A stretch of DNA of 63,338 nucleotides, counting the filler, from Octopus bimaculoides (taxonomy: Eukaryota): the NCBI RefSeq assembly GCF_001194135.2. It is 4 parts of 4 records of this genome, joined end to end, with 100 filler letters (N's around TTAATTAATTAA, not from the genome) between each part and the next. Parts side by side here need not be neighbours in the genome. Positions count along the whole stretch, not along the records: positions 1 to 14,564 come from NC_068982.1; 3 more parts are not named here. One strand, given 5' to 3'. Of this stretch, positions 1-13,822 are shown one piece after another. How positions within the stretch are numbered: position 1 is the stretch's first letter; each line of letters begins with the position of its first letter. The position numbers and the translations under genes were made by a program. The notes beneath the pieces are model-generated. The model did not search any database and had not been told where the DNA came from. It saw nothing but the letters and a program-made list of their open reading frames with translations.

Positions 1-122
1 CACTACGCATCACTAAATGATCCGTTGTCATGCTTGAAATACTTTTAAAAGAATTCTTTGCTTAAGAAAAAAAAAAGAATTCCGATTTGGAAATGTGCGT
101 GTATGTATTTTAGTGTGAGTGT

Positions 123-241
123 CTGTATGCACGTAGTTGTGTGTAGTTGTGTTTGTGTGTGAGTGCTTATGTGCTTGTGTGTGTGTGTGCGTGTGTGTGT
201 GTGTGTGCGTGTGTGTGTGTGTGTACGTGTGCGTGTGTGTT

Positions 242-275
<34 letters not shown>

Positions 276-823
276 CGATGTGTGTAGTGGATAGAGAAAG
301 AGGAGCGAAGAGATTCATTGAAATGTGACTACATTGATCGTTTGAATAAGAGATAGGATGAAAAAGCAATAGTTGAATGAATGGTCAAATAGGTTGACAA
401 ATGTGTAGTCAGTGAGAATTACACATGAGTAGTCGAATATAGATTGTTAGTTGGAATATACATGGATTAATGACAGAAATGTGTATAGAAAAGTTAATAG
501 ATATTCACATAGATGGTTATTGATTGAACCCAGATAAGTAGATAGATAGAGAAATGGAGAGAGAGAAAGTGAGAGAGAGAGAAAGAGAGAGAAGGAAAGA
601 AGGAGAGACAGAGAAGGAGAGATGGAAAGAGAGAGAAAGAGAGAGAGAGAGAGAGCCAGAGACAGAGGCAGAGAGAGAGAGAGAGAGTGAGAGAGGAAGG
701 GAGAAAATTATAATCAAGAATAGAAGAGAAAACTTCTAAGATAGAATAACTCATTACTCATTACATCTATTTCACTCTATACGACATACAAGCATAGGTA
801 CACACACACACGCACACACACAC

Positions 824-902
<79 letters not shown>

Positions 903-915
903 CATATATATAAGT
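123..915. repeat. Microsatellite field (GT)n, (GA)n, (CA)n, (TA)n; representative of dozens across the window
   Basis: Directly visible. Most N gaps are flanked by (TA)n or (CA)n runs. Confidence 0.98.
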
Positions 916-1433
916 GCGCCAAATCATTTGAGGTAGAGATTCATCCACTTTGATGTATCAATTCAAATAAATCGTATGCATTCTCCAGCGTAATTTGCTC
1001 TGTTAGATTATTCTCATGATATAATTTTAACTTTCTTTTTTTGCCGATACAGTATAACAGTCACCTGCTATTTCTGCTAAGATGAAACATCGCAAACAAT
1101 GAAACAAATAAATAATTTCTTGAAATAAAAGTCTTTAGCATTAGTTTTGTATATTTTGGTTTTCACAGTTTCTTAACTAGCATCCTTTTCATAATTGTTT
1201 TATGACTCATTTTTTTGTGAATATTCATTAATATTGATGTTTGAAACAGATACGTTCTTGTAAATGCATATTCTATGCACAGTTATCAATTAATTGTTCT
1301 ATCTATCGTATTGTATTTTTTTATGTCATTATATCTTTTAATCTGTCAACCTATTTCTCTATCACCCTCGCAATCTCTCTTTCTGTCTTAAAAAAATTAT
1401 ATATATATATATATATATCCCCCTCTGCCTTCA

Positions 1434-1503
<70 letters not shown>

Positions 1504-1620
1504 CATGGATGTGTATGCCTGTGTATATATGTATATATATGTGTGTGTATATATATATATATATATTTATATAATACAGGTACAGATACTTATGTATATG
1601 TGTATGTGCGTGTATATATA

Positions 1621-1653
<33 letters not shown>

Positions 1654-1976
1654 ATGTGCATGTGTGTGTTTATGTATATACATATACACACATAATTACA
1701 GTGACAATACTCGATCTCGGATACTCATACATAATCCTTTTTCAATCTATACCCAAATTCTTATTTTCTAAATTTCCACCCTCGTTCTTCCACAATTCCT
1801 TGAAACATGCACAATGTAATGGAAAAGGAAAATAAACTATCAAACGTAATAAAATACACATCATAATTTCACAATAAAAACTAAAATGAAATTAATTAAT
1901 TAATTTACTTCTTATTATTATCATTATTGTCATTAACATCTTTCAATTTTGTTTCCATTTCTTACCGAGTGTCACC

Positions 1977-2063
<87 letters not shown>

Positions 2064-2250
2064 GAAGGCGGCGATCTGGCAGAATCGTTAGCACACCGGG
2101 CAAAATGCTTAGCGGCAATTCGTCACTCTTTACGTTTCAAGTTCAAATTCCGCCGAGGTCGACATTGCGTTCCATCCCTTCAGGATCGATAAAATATGTA
2201 CCAGTTGATCACTGACTGGAGTAAACTGGCCTTGTGCCAAAAATTGAAAC

Positions 2251-2293
<43 letters not shown>

Positions 2294-2500
2294 ATATCTA
2301 TTTTTAAGGCAGCGAGCTGGCAGAATCGTTAGCACGCCGGGCAAAATGCTTAACGATATATCGTTTGTCGCTACGTTCTAAGTTCAAATTCCGCCGAGGT
2401 TGACTTTGCCTTTCATCCTTTCGGTGGTCGATAAATTAAGTACCAATTGTGTCCTGGGTTCCCCCTCCCCACAAATATGAAGCCTTGTGTAGAAAGGATT
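2064..2500 (+). mobile_element. Two tandem SINE family A copies, each preceded by (ATT)n
   Basis: gaaggcggcg(a/g)tctggcagaatcgttagcac...gttcaaattccgccgaggtcgac...tcgataaa...gtaccagtt starting at 2064 and 2306. Confidence 0.9.
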
Positions 2501-3460
2501 ATTATTATTATTAATTGGTTTTCTTAAATGCTAAACCGTAGACATGAAATGGCTGGAATCAAAGCGAAAGTAAAAACGGAAATTAGTTTTGGGTTGTCAG
2601 AAATATTCTTACCTGAGGTATTTGCGCTAAAAACTGTTGCGAGAAATTTGTTAGATTGTTTGTGAAATTTTTTGCGGTTTTATGTTTCTTTCAACTATCA
2701 CTGGTCGGAACGTTGACACGGTTTCTGTTGTTGTAGTAGTTGTAGTAGTAGTAGTAGTAGTAGTAATAATATTGGTAAAGTTGTTGGTGGTGGTAGTTGT
2801 GTTGGTGAGAGTTTTGTGCTGTCGTAGTCGTAATCGTGGTCGTGGTAGTGGTCGTGGTCATGTGATAAAAACTTGTGCTTCCAAAAAGCTTAAATGGTTG
2901 AAACGGTAATAAGAAAGTTGTTTAAGTTTGGTCAGTTTGATGCGTTTATATCTTGAATGTTGTGCTTTCTACAACTAAGAGCGCTACCGACACACTTGTC
3001 GCTATCTGTTAATTGCTACCGCTACTGCTACTGCTACCGCTACTGCTAGTGTTTTTAACTGTTGCTACTCATACCGTTACCATTATACTATACCTACAAC
3101 TGCTGCTGCTGCTGCTGCCGTTGCTGCTACAGTTATTGTTGCTGCAACCTGTTGACTGTCGCCACCTCCGTTCAGAATATTCTTTCCTACTGCAACCGCT
3201 ACTGTTGCAAAACAATCGAAGCGAGGCCCTAGCAAGGTAGCTTTCTGAGGAAAAGGGAACTTGACAGGGAAAATATATTACTTGCAATAATTAAAAGGTG
3301 TAATAGAAGAAATATAATCGAGATATCTGTGTATTATTGTGGAATGTGATTCGGTGGATTTGATGCTTTACCTATTCTGAATAATGCAACGAACAGCAGA
3401 AAAATATTAAAATACAAATGCAAAATGCAAACGTGTTATGAATAGCAATGATGATGATAA

Positions 3461-3507
<47 letters not shown>

Positions 3508-3918
3508 CATTATCATATTAATCATTATAATATAATTAATCATTATATTATACTTATTATACTTAATTACAAATTATACACAATATTATCATTTCTTTTA
3601 TTTCACATAAGAGCATCAAGTGAGGGGGAATATTATAAGGACAGTTTGTGTGGGAGTTTGCAGTAAAAATGAGGGGGAAGAAAATAAAGAGAAGGGGGAA
3701 TAATAATAGATTCTGATTTTGGCACGAGATCAACGATTTGCGGGGGTGTTCAGACGAAAATAGCAAATTGAGTACGTTACTTGTACTTTGTTTTATTGAA
3801 CCCGAAAGAGTGACCAGTGAAGTTGACCTCACCAGGAATTGAACACAGGACGCAAAGAGAAAGAATTAGCATTTTGTTCGACGCCCTAATAATTTTGCCA
3901 ATATAGCACCACCACCAC

Positions 3919-3980
<62 letters not shown>

Positions 3981-4130
3981 TAATAATAATAATAACAAAT
4001 CGTTCTAATTTTGCTTGAAGTCAAGCAAATTTAAGAGGAGGGGGAAAATATCACAGACTTCAGTACTAAAGGGCACTGGCTTTATCGCCCCCGAAAGTAT
4101 GAAAGATAAAATTGACCTCGGCAGTATTTG

Positions 4131-4182
<52 letters not shown>

Positions 4183-4432
4183 AGATGACAATGTTGATGA
4201 TGAGGAGGAGAATGAGGATGATGTAGAGGATGAGGTAGATGTTGGTGGTAGTGATGACGATGATTATTTCTACCATAGGTACAAGGTGATAGTATTTGAC
4301 TGGTACTTAATTTGAATGCATCAGTAATATTTGCACGTTGTAAATTAAGATGCAGTTATGTTGCTCCACCGGTTCTACATTCACTTTTCTTTAATAATTA
4401 TAATAACAGTCGTAATAATAATAACAATAATG

Positions 4433-4469
<37 letters not shown>

Positions 4470-4577
4470 TATAATAACAACAACTTCTAAGATGTATATA
4501 TTACNNNNNNNNNNNNNNNNNNNNNNNNNNNNNNNNNNNNNNNNNNNNNNNNNNNNNNNNNNNNNNNNNNNNNNNNN

Positions 4578-4608
<31 letters not shown>

Positions 4609-6032
4609 GTATATGTACAGATATTTACATGTGTGTGTGTGTATACATATTTAGATGTACATTAATCTAAGATCTATATATTGAAAGGATACACAATGAA
4701 GGTATACACACACACATGCATACACACACACACGCACACACACACATTCAGGCACGCGTCTACAGATTGAGAATGCTCATGCCGTTGATGCTATTGATGG
4801 TGGTGGTGGTGGCGGTGCCGTTATAATGATGATGAAGCAAAAAAAAAAAGGATATTACAAATACGATTAAAAAAAAAGGATACAGCAAAGAAAAAGTAAA
4901 AAAAAATTCGCAGAAACCTCCAGATTCTAAAACCTATCTCCCAAAATTATTTTTCCTGAATGGGAGGAGACAAATAACAGTGCGTTACAGGATTGACGTA
5001 CCTGTATACCAGTGTACGTAACGAATATTTGCATATATGGAGTATCAATGTGTATTAGTGTGTGTGCGCGCTCAGTTCACACGTTCACAGGTATTGTTGT
5101 GTAGTTTTCCCCACTAAAAATGACAGCCGACGTCATATCTAGATCACACCCATTTTACTTCGTTCAATTGAGATATTGGTCATAAGACATCAACCACATT
5201 CTCCTACGTCAAACGAGGAGAGGTGTGTGTTAGTGTGTGATGTCTGCGATGTGTAAGTTACGTGTGTGTGCGTGTAATTTGTGCGGCGTGTAATGTTTGC
5301 GTTATGTGTGATATATATGTAGTTGGTTTTATTCTAAGACTTAATTTAGACTTTCCATTTATTCCACAAAGTACACAAAATATGCCTTCATTAACTTTCT
5401 GCTCACCTTGATGTATGTATGTATGTATGTATGTATGTATGTATGTATGTATGTATGCACGCATGTATGAGGGAATTTATGTACGAATGTATGTATATAT
5501 ACATATAGGTATACATATACACATATAAATACCTGTATATGTGCATATATCTCTGTATAAATGTATATATATATATATATATATATANNNNNNNNNNNNN
5601 NNNNNNNNNNNNNNNNNNNNNNNNNNNNNNNNNNNNNNNNNNNNNNNNNNNNNNNNNNNNNNNNNNNNNNNNNNNNNNNNNNNNNNNNNNNNNNNNNNNN
5701 NNNNNNNNNNNNNNNNNNNNNNNNNNNNNNNNNNNNNNNNNNNNNNNNNNNNNNNNNNNNNNNNNNNNNNNNNNNNNNNNNNNNNNNNNNNNNNNNNNNN
5801 NNNNNNNNNNNNNNNNNNNNNNNNNNNNNNNNNNNNNNNNNNNNNNNNNNNNNNNNNNNNNNNNNNNNNNNNNNNNNNNNNNNNNNNNNNNNNNNNNNNN
5901 NNNNNNNNNNNNNNNNNNNNNNNNNNNNNNNNNNNNNNNNNNNNNNNNNNNNNNNNNNNNNNNNNNNNNNNNNNNNNNNNNNNNNNNNNNNNNNNNNNNN
6001 NNGTGCACGCTTGAATATGCATATCATATCAT

Positions 6033-6084
<52 letters not shown>

Positions 6085-6374
6085 GCGTCGTACGCAAGCC
6101 TGCAGAGCGTATTACGTACACATACACATGCATGAAATACAAATATATACTCGTATATAGATTACCTGAGTCAAAAAGCAATCCACAGCATGTATATTCA
6201 AATGATATGCGTGAGTGCGTACACCTGTAGACGCGTGCCTGAATGTGTGTGTGCGTGTGTGTGTGTGTGCATGTGTGTGTGTATACCTTCATTGTGTATC
6301 CTTTCAATATATAGATCTTAGATTAATGTACATCTAAATATGTATACACACACACTTGTAAATATCTGTACATA

Positions 6375-6415
<41 letters not shown>

Positions 6416-6573
6416 GTATGTATAGGTATTTATATATGTACACATGTATATATGTAAATATATATATATACATATTTTTATGTAAGTATATATATGTATA
6501 CGTATACATACATGTAGACTTATCTATATGAAACATATACATAATATATACGTATGTGCGTATATATATTATA

Positions 6574-6609
<36 letters not shown>

Positions 6610-7080
6610 NNNNNNNNNNNNNNNNNNNNNNNNNNNNNNNNNNNNNNNNNNNNNNNNNNNNNNNNNNNNNNNNNNNNNNNNNNNNNNNNNNNNNNNNNNN
6701 NNNNNNNNNNNNNNNNNNNNNNNNNNNNNNNNNNNNNNNNNNNNNNNNNNNNNNNNNNNNNNNNNNNNNNNNNNNNNNNNNNNNNNNNNNNNNNNNNNNN
6801 NNNNNNNNNNNNNNNNNNNNNNNNNNNNNNNNNNNNNNNNNNNNNNNNNNNNNNNNNNNNNNNNNNNNNNNNNNNNNNNNNNNNNNNNNNNNNNNNNNNN
6901 NNNNNNNNNNNNNNNNNNNNNNNNNNNNNNNNNNNNNNNNNNNNNNNNNNNNNNNNNNNNNNNNNNNNNNNNNNNNNNNNNNNNNNNNNNNNNNNNNNNN
7001 NNNNNNNNNNNNNNNNNNNNNNNNNNNNNNNNNNNNNNNNNNNNNNNNNNNNNNNNNNNNNNNNNNNNNNNNNNNNNNNN

Positions 7081-7142
<62 letters not shown>

Positions 7143-7285
7143 CAATATATTTCTGATATACATATATATAACTACATACACACACACATATATGATATAT
7201 ATATATAGGGTTTACTTGTGATCGAGAATATCACAGTCTCTTTAGAAAAGAAAAAAAGATGTATATACATACATGCATTCATAGT

Positions 7286-7518
7286 GGGAACTAAGGAAGG
7301 TAATCTGATAGGATATCTTTTATTCATATGTATGTGCCGTTATTACTGACAATAAGTGGCTGTTCGTTTTATAGTCACACATGCATACATACACACACAC
7401 CTATATATACGTATACATACGTATATGTATGTATGTCTATAAAACGAAGAGTTTTAATTTTCAGCAATAACGGCACATCAATAAAAGAGGCCCTTTAAGA
7501 TTACCGTCCTTATTTCCC
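7286..7518. mobile_element. Fold-back / MITE-like element with ~85-bp imperfect arms and a microsatellite loop
   Basis: 7286-7374 is the imperfect reverse complement of 7437-7518 (e.g. atgtgccgttatt / aataacggcacat; ttcgttttatag / ctataaaacgaa). Confidence 0.7.
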
Positions 7519-8652
7519 CTTGTGACCCTGGTGCCATCACAGATCCGATGGCAATTAAGCGTCTCCCCATCCATGCACCCACCACACTCAGGAGACCTGT
7601 TATTCAAGACTCACTGATATTGTGGATATTCCCGATCATCACCCGTCGGTACCTGAAACGCATCAGTGACGTGTACTAGAAGGCAACCTAATGTTGAAGA
7701 CGATCAGGTGGTTTTATCTTCGATAAAGGTACAAAAGAAAATATCTTAAAATTAATGGTACAATGAATACAAAATACAAACTGCCCTCTCTTCATCCTGT
7801 AAGGCTTGTATGTGATGTCACGTACTACAAGTCTGATAATGGATTACACCACTTTGTAATAGCCCCTATTACTCCCCGTCATATAATCGTCCTCGATAAT
7901 GGCCTTTGCTGCAGTACATCCTCGACAACCAGGATAAAGGCTGACAGCTGATAATGTTTCATCAATGTCTTCATCAATAGTGACTAGACTGGACTTGATG
8001 CCACTTTAACTAGTTTATTCCCGTCCTCGTTGATATGTGATTTGCTGTGTTTGTTGGTCAGAGTCCTGTGTCAGTTTGGTCTCTGCCATATTGCTGCTTA
8101 CATTATCGATATGCGTGAAGCAGAATGAGAAAGTAAAAAAAAAAAAAAAACAGTTAATAAATTGTAGTATTCCCTACACCAGTACTAGCTCATTCTTTTA
8201 CCTAGAGACCTCGTAGCCCCTAGATGTTAGATTATATACTTTTAACATATGGAGCTTCTAGACTTTTCTATAGGCCATGTTTCTCTTTCCTTTTCCTTTT
8301 TCCCTTTGTTTATATTGTATACTCTTGTTTTTTACTCTGATGAAGCTCCGTGTCTTAATTCAAATGTCCTATGAAGATGAAGAACTTTATTCTCGCATTT
8401 ATTTCTAGACTGAATTTTGGTAACCGATCAATAACGGCCGTAAGATATGTTACGTCACCTATTTGTTATGTCATGCTGTGTATTAAAAAATAAGCTATAA
8501 ATGTGGTCCAATCGATGTGTTTGTTAAACCGGGGTTTTCTCCAATTTCTGATTATATATTTATATATACATTTACGTCTGAACACACAGCCACACACAGA
8601 CACAGACACACACAGACACAGACACAGACACAGACACACACAGACACACTCA

Positions 8653-8729
<77 letters not shown>

Positions 8730-9018
8730 AGCTTTTCTCCATTTTCTGATGATATATATATATATATACATATACGTTTGAACATAGCAGACACCTCTCC
8801 ACACTCGTCCATATGTATATTGCTCCCATATCCAATATACGTAGAAATGTAGTTTAGTTGGTCCAATATCAGTTACTAGGTTTCAAACACAAATATAAGT
8901 AAAAAAAAAAAAATAATAAAATATCGTATCAACAAAGAGAAAATTGAAAATTGAAATATAGAATAAGAATACAATAAAAAGAATACAATAATAGCAAAAA
9001 TAAAAATAATAAAATGAA

Positions 9019-10535
9019 TACGAGGGTCAGGTGAAAATGTCATAGGCTAACCAAGATTGTCTGATGCAATGTGACCAAATGTAGATATACTTTTTAATAC
9101 AGACCCTCTGCGGTCCACACACTTCTCCCATCGGCGTTGCAGTGCTTGGATCCCATTGGTGAAGAAGCGTTTTTCCTGTTCGTGAGAAAAGTCTTTAACA
9201 GCAGATTTCACGTCATCATCATTGCGATATTGGTTTCCAACCAAGTGTTTTTTCATGTACTGAACAGATAATAGTCAGAGAGGATCAAATGAGGAGAGTA
9301 GGGAGATAATCAAACATTTCAAACCAAATTCCAGCACTACAGCCACAAACGTGTGTGACGCAATACTGTCCTCAAGGGATGGCGGTGAGCTGGCAGAAAC
9401 TTTAGCACGCCGGGCAAAATGCTTAGCGGTATTTCGTCTGCCGTTACGTTGTGAGTTCAAATTCTGCCGAGGTCGACTTAGCCTTTCATCCTTTCGGGGT
9501 CGATAAATTAAGTACCAGTTACTCACTGGGTCGATGTAATCGACTTAATCCCTTGTTTGTCCCCTCTATGTTTAGCCCCTTGTGGTCAAAAAAAAAAAAA
9601 AAAATACTGTCCTCATGAAACGAAAATTCTTCCGTCAGTTTTCCTGGGAGTTTGATCTTGATAGCCATTTGTAAGTGCTTCAACAATTTGGCATAGTACT
9701 CTCCGTTGATGGTGTGACACTTCTGAAGATAGTCAATAAACACAGTGACTCTTGTAATCTAAACAACCTGAGGCCAACATTTTTCCTTCAGATGAAACGA
9801 CGTTGGCCTTATTTAAAGCAGGTCAGGAAGAATATCTCTGCATGTATTGTCCCTTTTCTTCTGGCTCAAAGTGATGAGTCGATCACACATCCTAGGGTCA
9901 GAAATGTTAAAAAAAAACAGCTGGATCTGCATCAAACAGCGTCAGATTTTCCCGTGCCTTGGACTCTTTTGAACAAGTGTCAGAAGATGTGGCGACAACC
10001 AAGCAGTAACTTTCGTCATGTCATGTTCATTGTGCATAATATTCTCAACTGTTTCACGAGATATGTTGATAACATTAGCCATTTGATTTATAGTCAATCA
10101 CCAGTCATCCATCACCATGTGACGAACACAAACCATGGGTATTAGCAGTTGCAGAACGTCTAGACCTTGGATCATATTCAAACTCGCCCTTCCACTTCTA
10201 AATTCAGCTGCTCTCTTTTGCATTGTTGATAAAGCTTGAATCGCATCCCCTATAGTGTAGCAGTCATGTCAGCATGAATGTCCTTAGGGTTCTAAACCCT
10301 TTTTCTGCAGGTACTTCATGACAACATGATGTCAAACTTTGTCCAGTTTCAAAAGAAGTCACTACTGCTTACCTTTGAAGTCTTAGAACAAACAGTCAGA
10401 TGTGAGTTTGCCTGGGTGTGGGAGTGGGGAAACAAGTAGTCGTTAATAAGCACAGAAAGGAATGTATGCAAGATTTTGCAGCTCTAGCGTCACTCCTTCA
10501 TAGTTAGCCTATGAACTTTTCAACAACCTACCATG
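9019..10535 (-). mobile_element. Full-length inactive Tc1/mariner (mariner DD34D-type) transposon
   Basis: Left TIR TA|cgagggtcaggtgaaaatgtcataggctaacca at 9019; degenerate reverse complement tagttagcctatgaacttttca at 10501. Minus-strand fragments: KYLQKKGL-PKDIHADMTATL (HTH), FIDYLQKCHTINGEYYAKLL, FHEDSIASHT, SDYYLF-MKKHL, FFTNGIQALQRRWEKCVDRRG. Multiple stops and frameshifts. Confidence 0.93.
9375..9602 (+). mobile_element. SINE family A copy inserted in the mariner (13-bp TSD, poly-A tail)
   Basis: AATACTGTCCTCA at 9362-9374 and 9603-9615. Box A-like TGGCAGAAAC, box B-like GAGTTCAAATTC, A-run at the 3' end. Confidence 0.92.
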
Positions 10536-10908
10536 GTGTACACACACACACGTATATATATATATATATNNNNNNNNNNNNNNNNNNNNNNNNNNNNNNN
10601 NNNNNNNNNNNNNNNNNNNNNNNNNNNNNNNNNNNNNNNNNNNNNNNNNNNNNNNNNNNNNNNNNNNNNNNNNNNNNNNNNNNNNNNNNNNNNNNNNNNN
10701 NNNNNNNNNNNNNNNNNNNNNNNNNNNNNNNNNNNNNNNNNNNNNNNNNNNNNNNNNNNNNNNNNNNNNNNNNNNNNNNNNNNNNNNNNNNNNNNNNNNN
10801 NNNNNNNNNNNNNNNNNNNNNNNNNNNNNNNNNNNNNNNNNNNNNNNNNNNNNNNNNNNNNNNNNNNNNNNNNNNNNNNNNNNNNNNNNNNNNNNNNNNN
10901 NNNNNNNN

Positions 10909-10991
<83 letters not shown>

Positions 10992-11089
10992 GTCAGAAAG
11001 AGAGAGATTCCTAGATAGGTAGATAAATGAGCTTTCTTTCTATTTAGCAGGAATTTGTGCGTGTGTGACAATATCGCTAAAGATAACAT

Positions 11090-11580
11090 ATCTTCGTGCT
11101 GTGTTCTATGGCCAATTCATTTTCCGCTTTGTGACAACAGAAAAATTTCATTGTTATCATTCTTTTCCAACTGTTCCTTTCCTAACACTCTCGTTAATTT
11201 GATATTCTTTAAGTGTAATAGGAAGCATCTTTATTCAACATTTCATTTCAAATGCCATTATCTCCTTCTCGTTTTCAGCATCCTACACCTAAGACCCACA
11301 CTAATGTGCCTATTAAATTACTATCGCTCTTAAAATCAAAATGTTGTAGATGGTTTAGATATTCATGTTTTTTGTTTCACATATATGTATTTTATGTTAC
11401 CAAATATAGTCTAATATATTAAAAGCTATTGTAGTTCCTGTAATCCATCAGTTTACTTCATTCTTTGATCTCAGATCTTCTGTCATTTTACTTCTAACAG
11501 TGAAATTCATTAAGTTCTCTCTGGATGACGTCTTCACTATTTCTGTTTAATTGACTGATTTCGCATTATTCATAACTCCG
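11090..11580 (-). mobile_element. Old RTE LINE C-terminal fragment
   Basis: Minus-strand translation EKEIMAFEMKC*IKML..YQINESVR..VVTKRKMNW resembles RTE IQAFEMKCYR..TNEEVR..KRRKLRWYGH. An upstream NDRRSEIKE-like remnant is also present. Confidence 0.65.
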
Positions 11581-13622
11581 ACAGGAAATCATAAGATCTT
11601 TATCATATATAAGAAAAAAGTAATAATAAATGCATATATTATTTACCTTATTTATTCTTTAATTTAAAATACAAACTTTTAATCCTATCTTAACTTAATC
11701 TAGAAGGAATTGTTTCCCCTAAGTTAGCAGACAGTAATCATATATGTATCTTGCTCATCTTTTATCTCACTAATTATTTCAATATTACATTCTTACGTTC
11801 TAAAATTTCTAACTAATCTTTAGTGGCTTGATATCAATGTTTAGAGCATATATGGGCAATACTAATGCTAAACTGTTGTCACTATCCCACGTAGATATTT
11901 GCTATATTTGTTCGTTAGAGTAACAAGCAATTCTTTTGGGATTTCGACCTCGGATTAGGAATCGAAAACTCTGTCCTCCTGTGGTATAAGTTCGGATCAC
12001 AGTAAAATGAAAAGCTGACATTAAGTACAAAATGGCATTAAGCTTCTGTCTTAATAATTGCATAATGATTTCTTAGTCTAATATTAGATATCTAACGAGA
12101 AAGGCAGTCAAATAAACTGGTCTCAATATTTAACTGACATCTGCTTCCTTTAAACTAGACAAGATAAGATATAAATTCAAAATTTAAATCAACCCTGTAA
12201 AGTATTTCATCTGCAAATTTACTAAGTTTGGCAATTATTTTCATGGATACATGCTACTATTCAGTGGTGATGTCTAAACCAAAGCGAGAACATCTACATA
12301 TTCTATCATTCTTCTAGGATTAGTAGCAGAATCTCGCTCCTCAAATCAAACCTTACCATCTTAAAAATACGAACTCGTAACGCAATCACAGAAAGAACAT
12401 ATGCAGCAAAAATGTAAACAAAGCTGGTATAATTTTGAGTGTTGAGCTAACTTATTACTTAATAAACAACAACTATCACAAAAACCAATACCAACTCCAT
12501 CTCAAAACCTACGAGAACAGGAACAAGTACAAGAATCACACCAACAATTACAGCAACCACATTGAGGCAATTTATCTTAACATTACGAATTGTATTCTGT
12601 CATAGCAAACGTTTATGGCTAATGTAATGAATGAGATGAAGAAAAGTCAAATTATAAGCAAAAGGTGATAACAAAAAAGAAAATTAATGAAGCAATAAAA
12701 TGTTCAATATGGCTGATATAAAATACCTCAGGGAATTGTGCTACATTCTGAATAGGACATCTATAATAAAATATTATTCTTTGAAAATCTGTTCTCAACT
12801 ATGATTATTAGATAAATTCTCCCTCTATGCTTTTCAGTATCTAAAAACAACAAGGGAATATCTCTCACAAGATTAATTGTTCGGAATAGCTTAGAAATAT
12901 AGAAAATGCAGATTGAAATGGATTCGGTCTATACTCACATCTGGTGAAAAATATAGACATATTTCCGTCCTTTTAGACGCCTTCAGTTAAGTATATTCTA
13001 CCGTGACGGTAAAACAAAGATTAAGAAGTATATAGAGAATGCGTTGCTTTTACGCTACAATAATCTGTTGGTTTAAAGATCTGTTCCACTTCAGTCTGCT
13101 GCGTCAGTGTTGCTTAAATATTTCAATCCTATTTGAGACATCTTCTTGCGTATTGTGACCCCCGAGTGAATCTGTATTTAATATGCTACACAATCATCTG
13201 AGTGTACTAAATTTATTGTTTAAACAGTTTTTATGCAAAGTGTTGTTGTACTCGACTAGTCAAAGATTATGTTATGCTGATTCTACTTACCGATTACCTT
13301 AAATGTATACTTGTCTGCGGAGTGTTCAGACTGGATAATCTTAGTTCCTCAGCGGCCCTAGTATTTAAGTATTCAATATCATGAACGAATTCTGAGTTAC
13401 TCCTCCACTCACTGAATGAGATTGAGTGAATACATTGAATAGTTTGGCAAAATTTTATTGGTTAATATTATTGACGGCAAAGATTCCTTTTGACTGACCA
13501 TATAAGCGCTGTATTTAAAATAACAATGAAAGTAATAGGTGAAATGTGGAAGTCAGAATTATGAAGAATAGAGCAGAGAGGAAAAGAGACGGAAAAACGA
13601 AATATGTATATAGGTTTTTAAA

Positions 13623-13822
13623 TTTTGGTACAGGGGCAGCCGCTTCGGGAAAGGGAGCAAGTCAGTTACATAGACCTCAGTTGGTACTTATTTTATCGAC
13701 CCCGAAATGATGAAAGGCAAAGTCGACCATAGTGGAATTTGAACTCATAACGTAAAGACGGATGAAATGACGCTATCCCTTTTCGTCCAGCGTGCTAACG
13801 ATTCTGCCAGCTCATCGCCTTA
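13623..13822 (-). mobile_element. SINE family A copy
   Basis: Reverse complement of the family A consensus, including the head (aaggcgatgagctggcagaatcgttagcacg). Confidence 0.88.

Noticed and set aside
910-1045. Minus-strand peptide GKKRKLKLYHENNLTEQITLENAYDLFELIHQSG*
   Set aside because: Short, no convincing acceptor, upstream in-frame stop, no recognised homology.
7800-8130. Minus-strand protein-like frames (TIDEDIDETLSAVSLYPGCRGC...) considered as LRRC34 3' exons
   Set aside because: No LRR pattern or similarity to the LRRC34 C-terminus, stops between frames, and it lies beyond an artificial join.
8335-8400. CTGATGA, a possible hammerhead ribozyme or Penelope terminus
   Set aside because: No correctly spaced GAAA or stem II, and no flanking helices found.
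137-8866. Many ORFs of CVCV, YIYI, HTHT, LSLS, ERER type and ORFs running through X
   Set aside because: Translations of dinucleotide microsatellites and N gaps; the same applies throughout the window.
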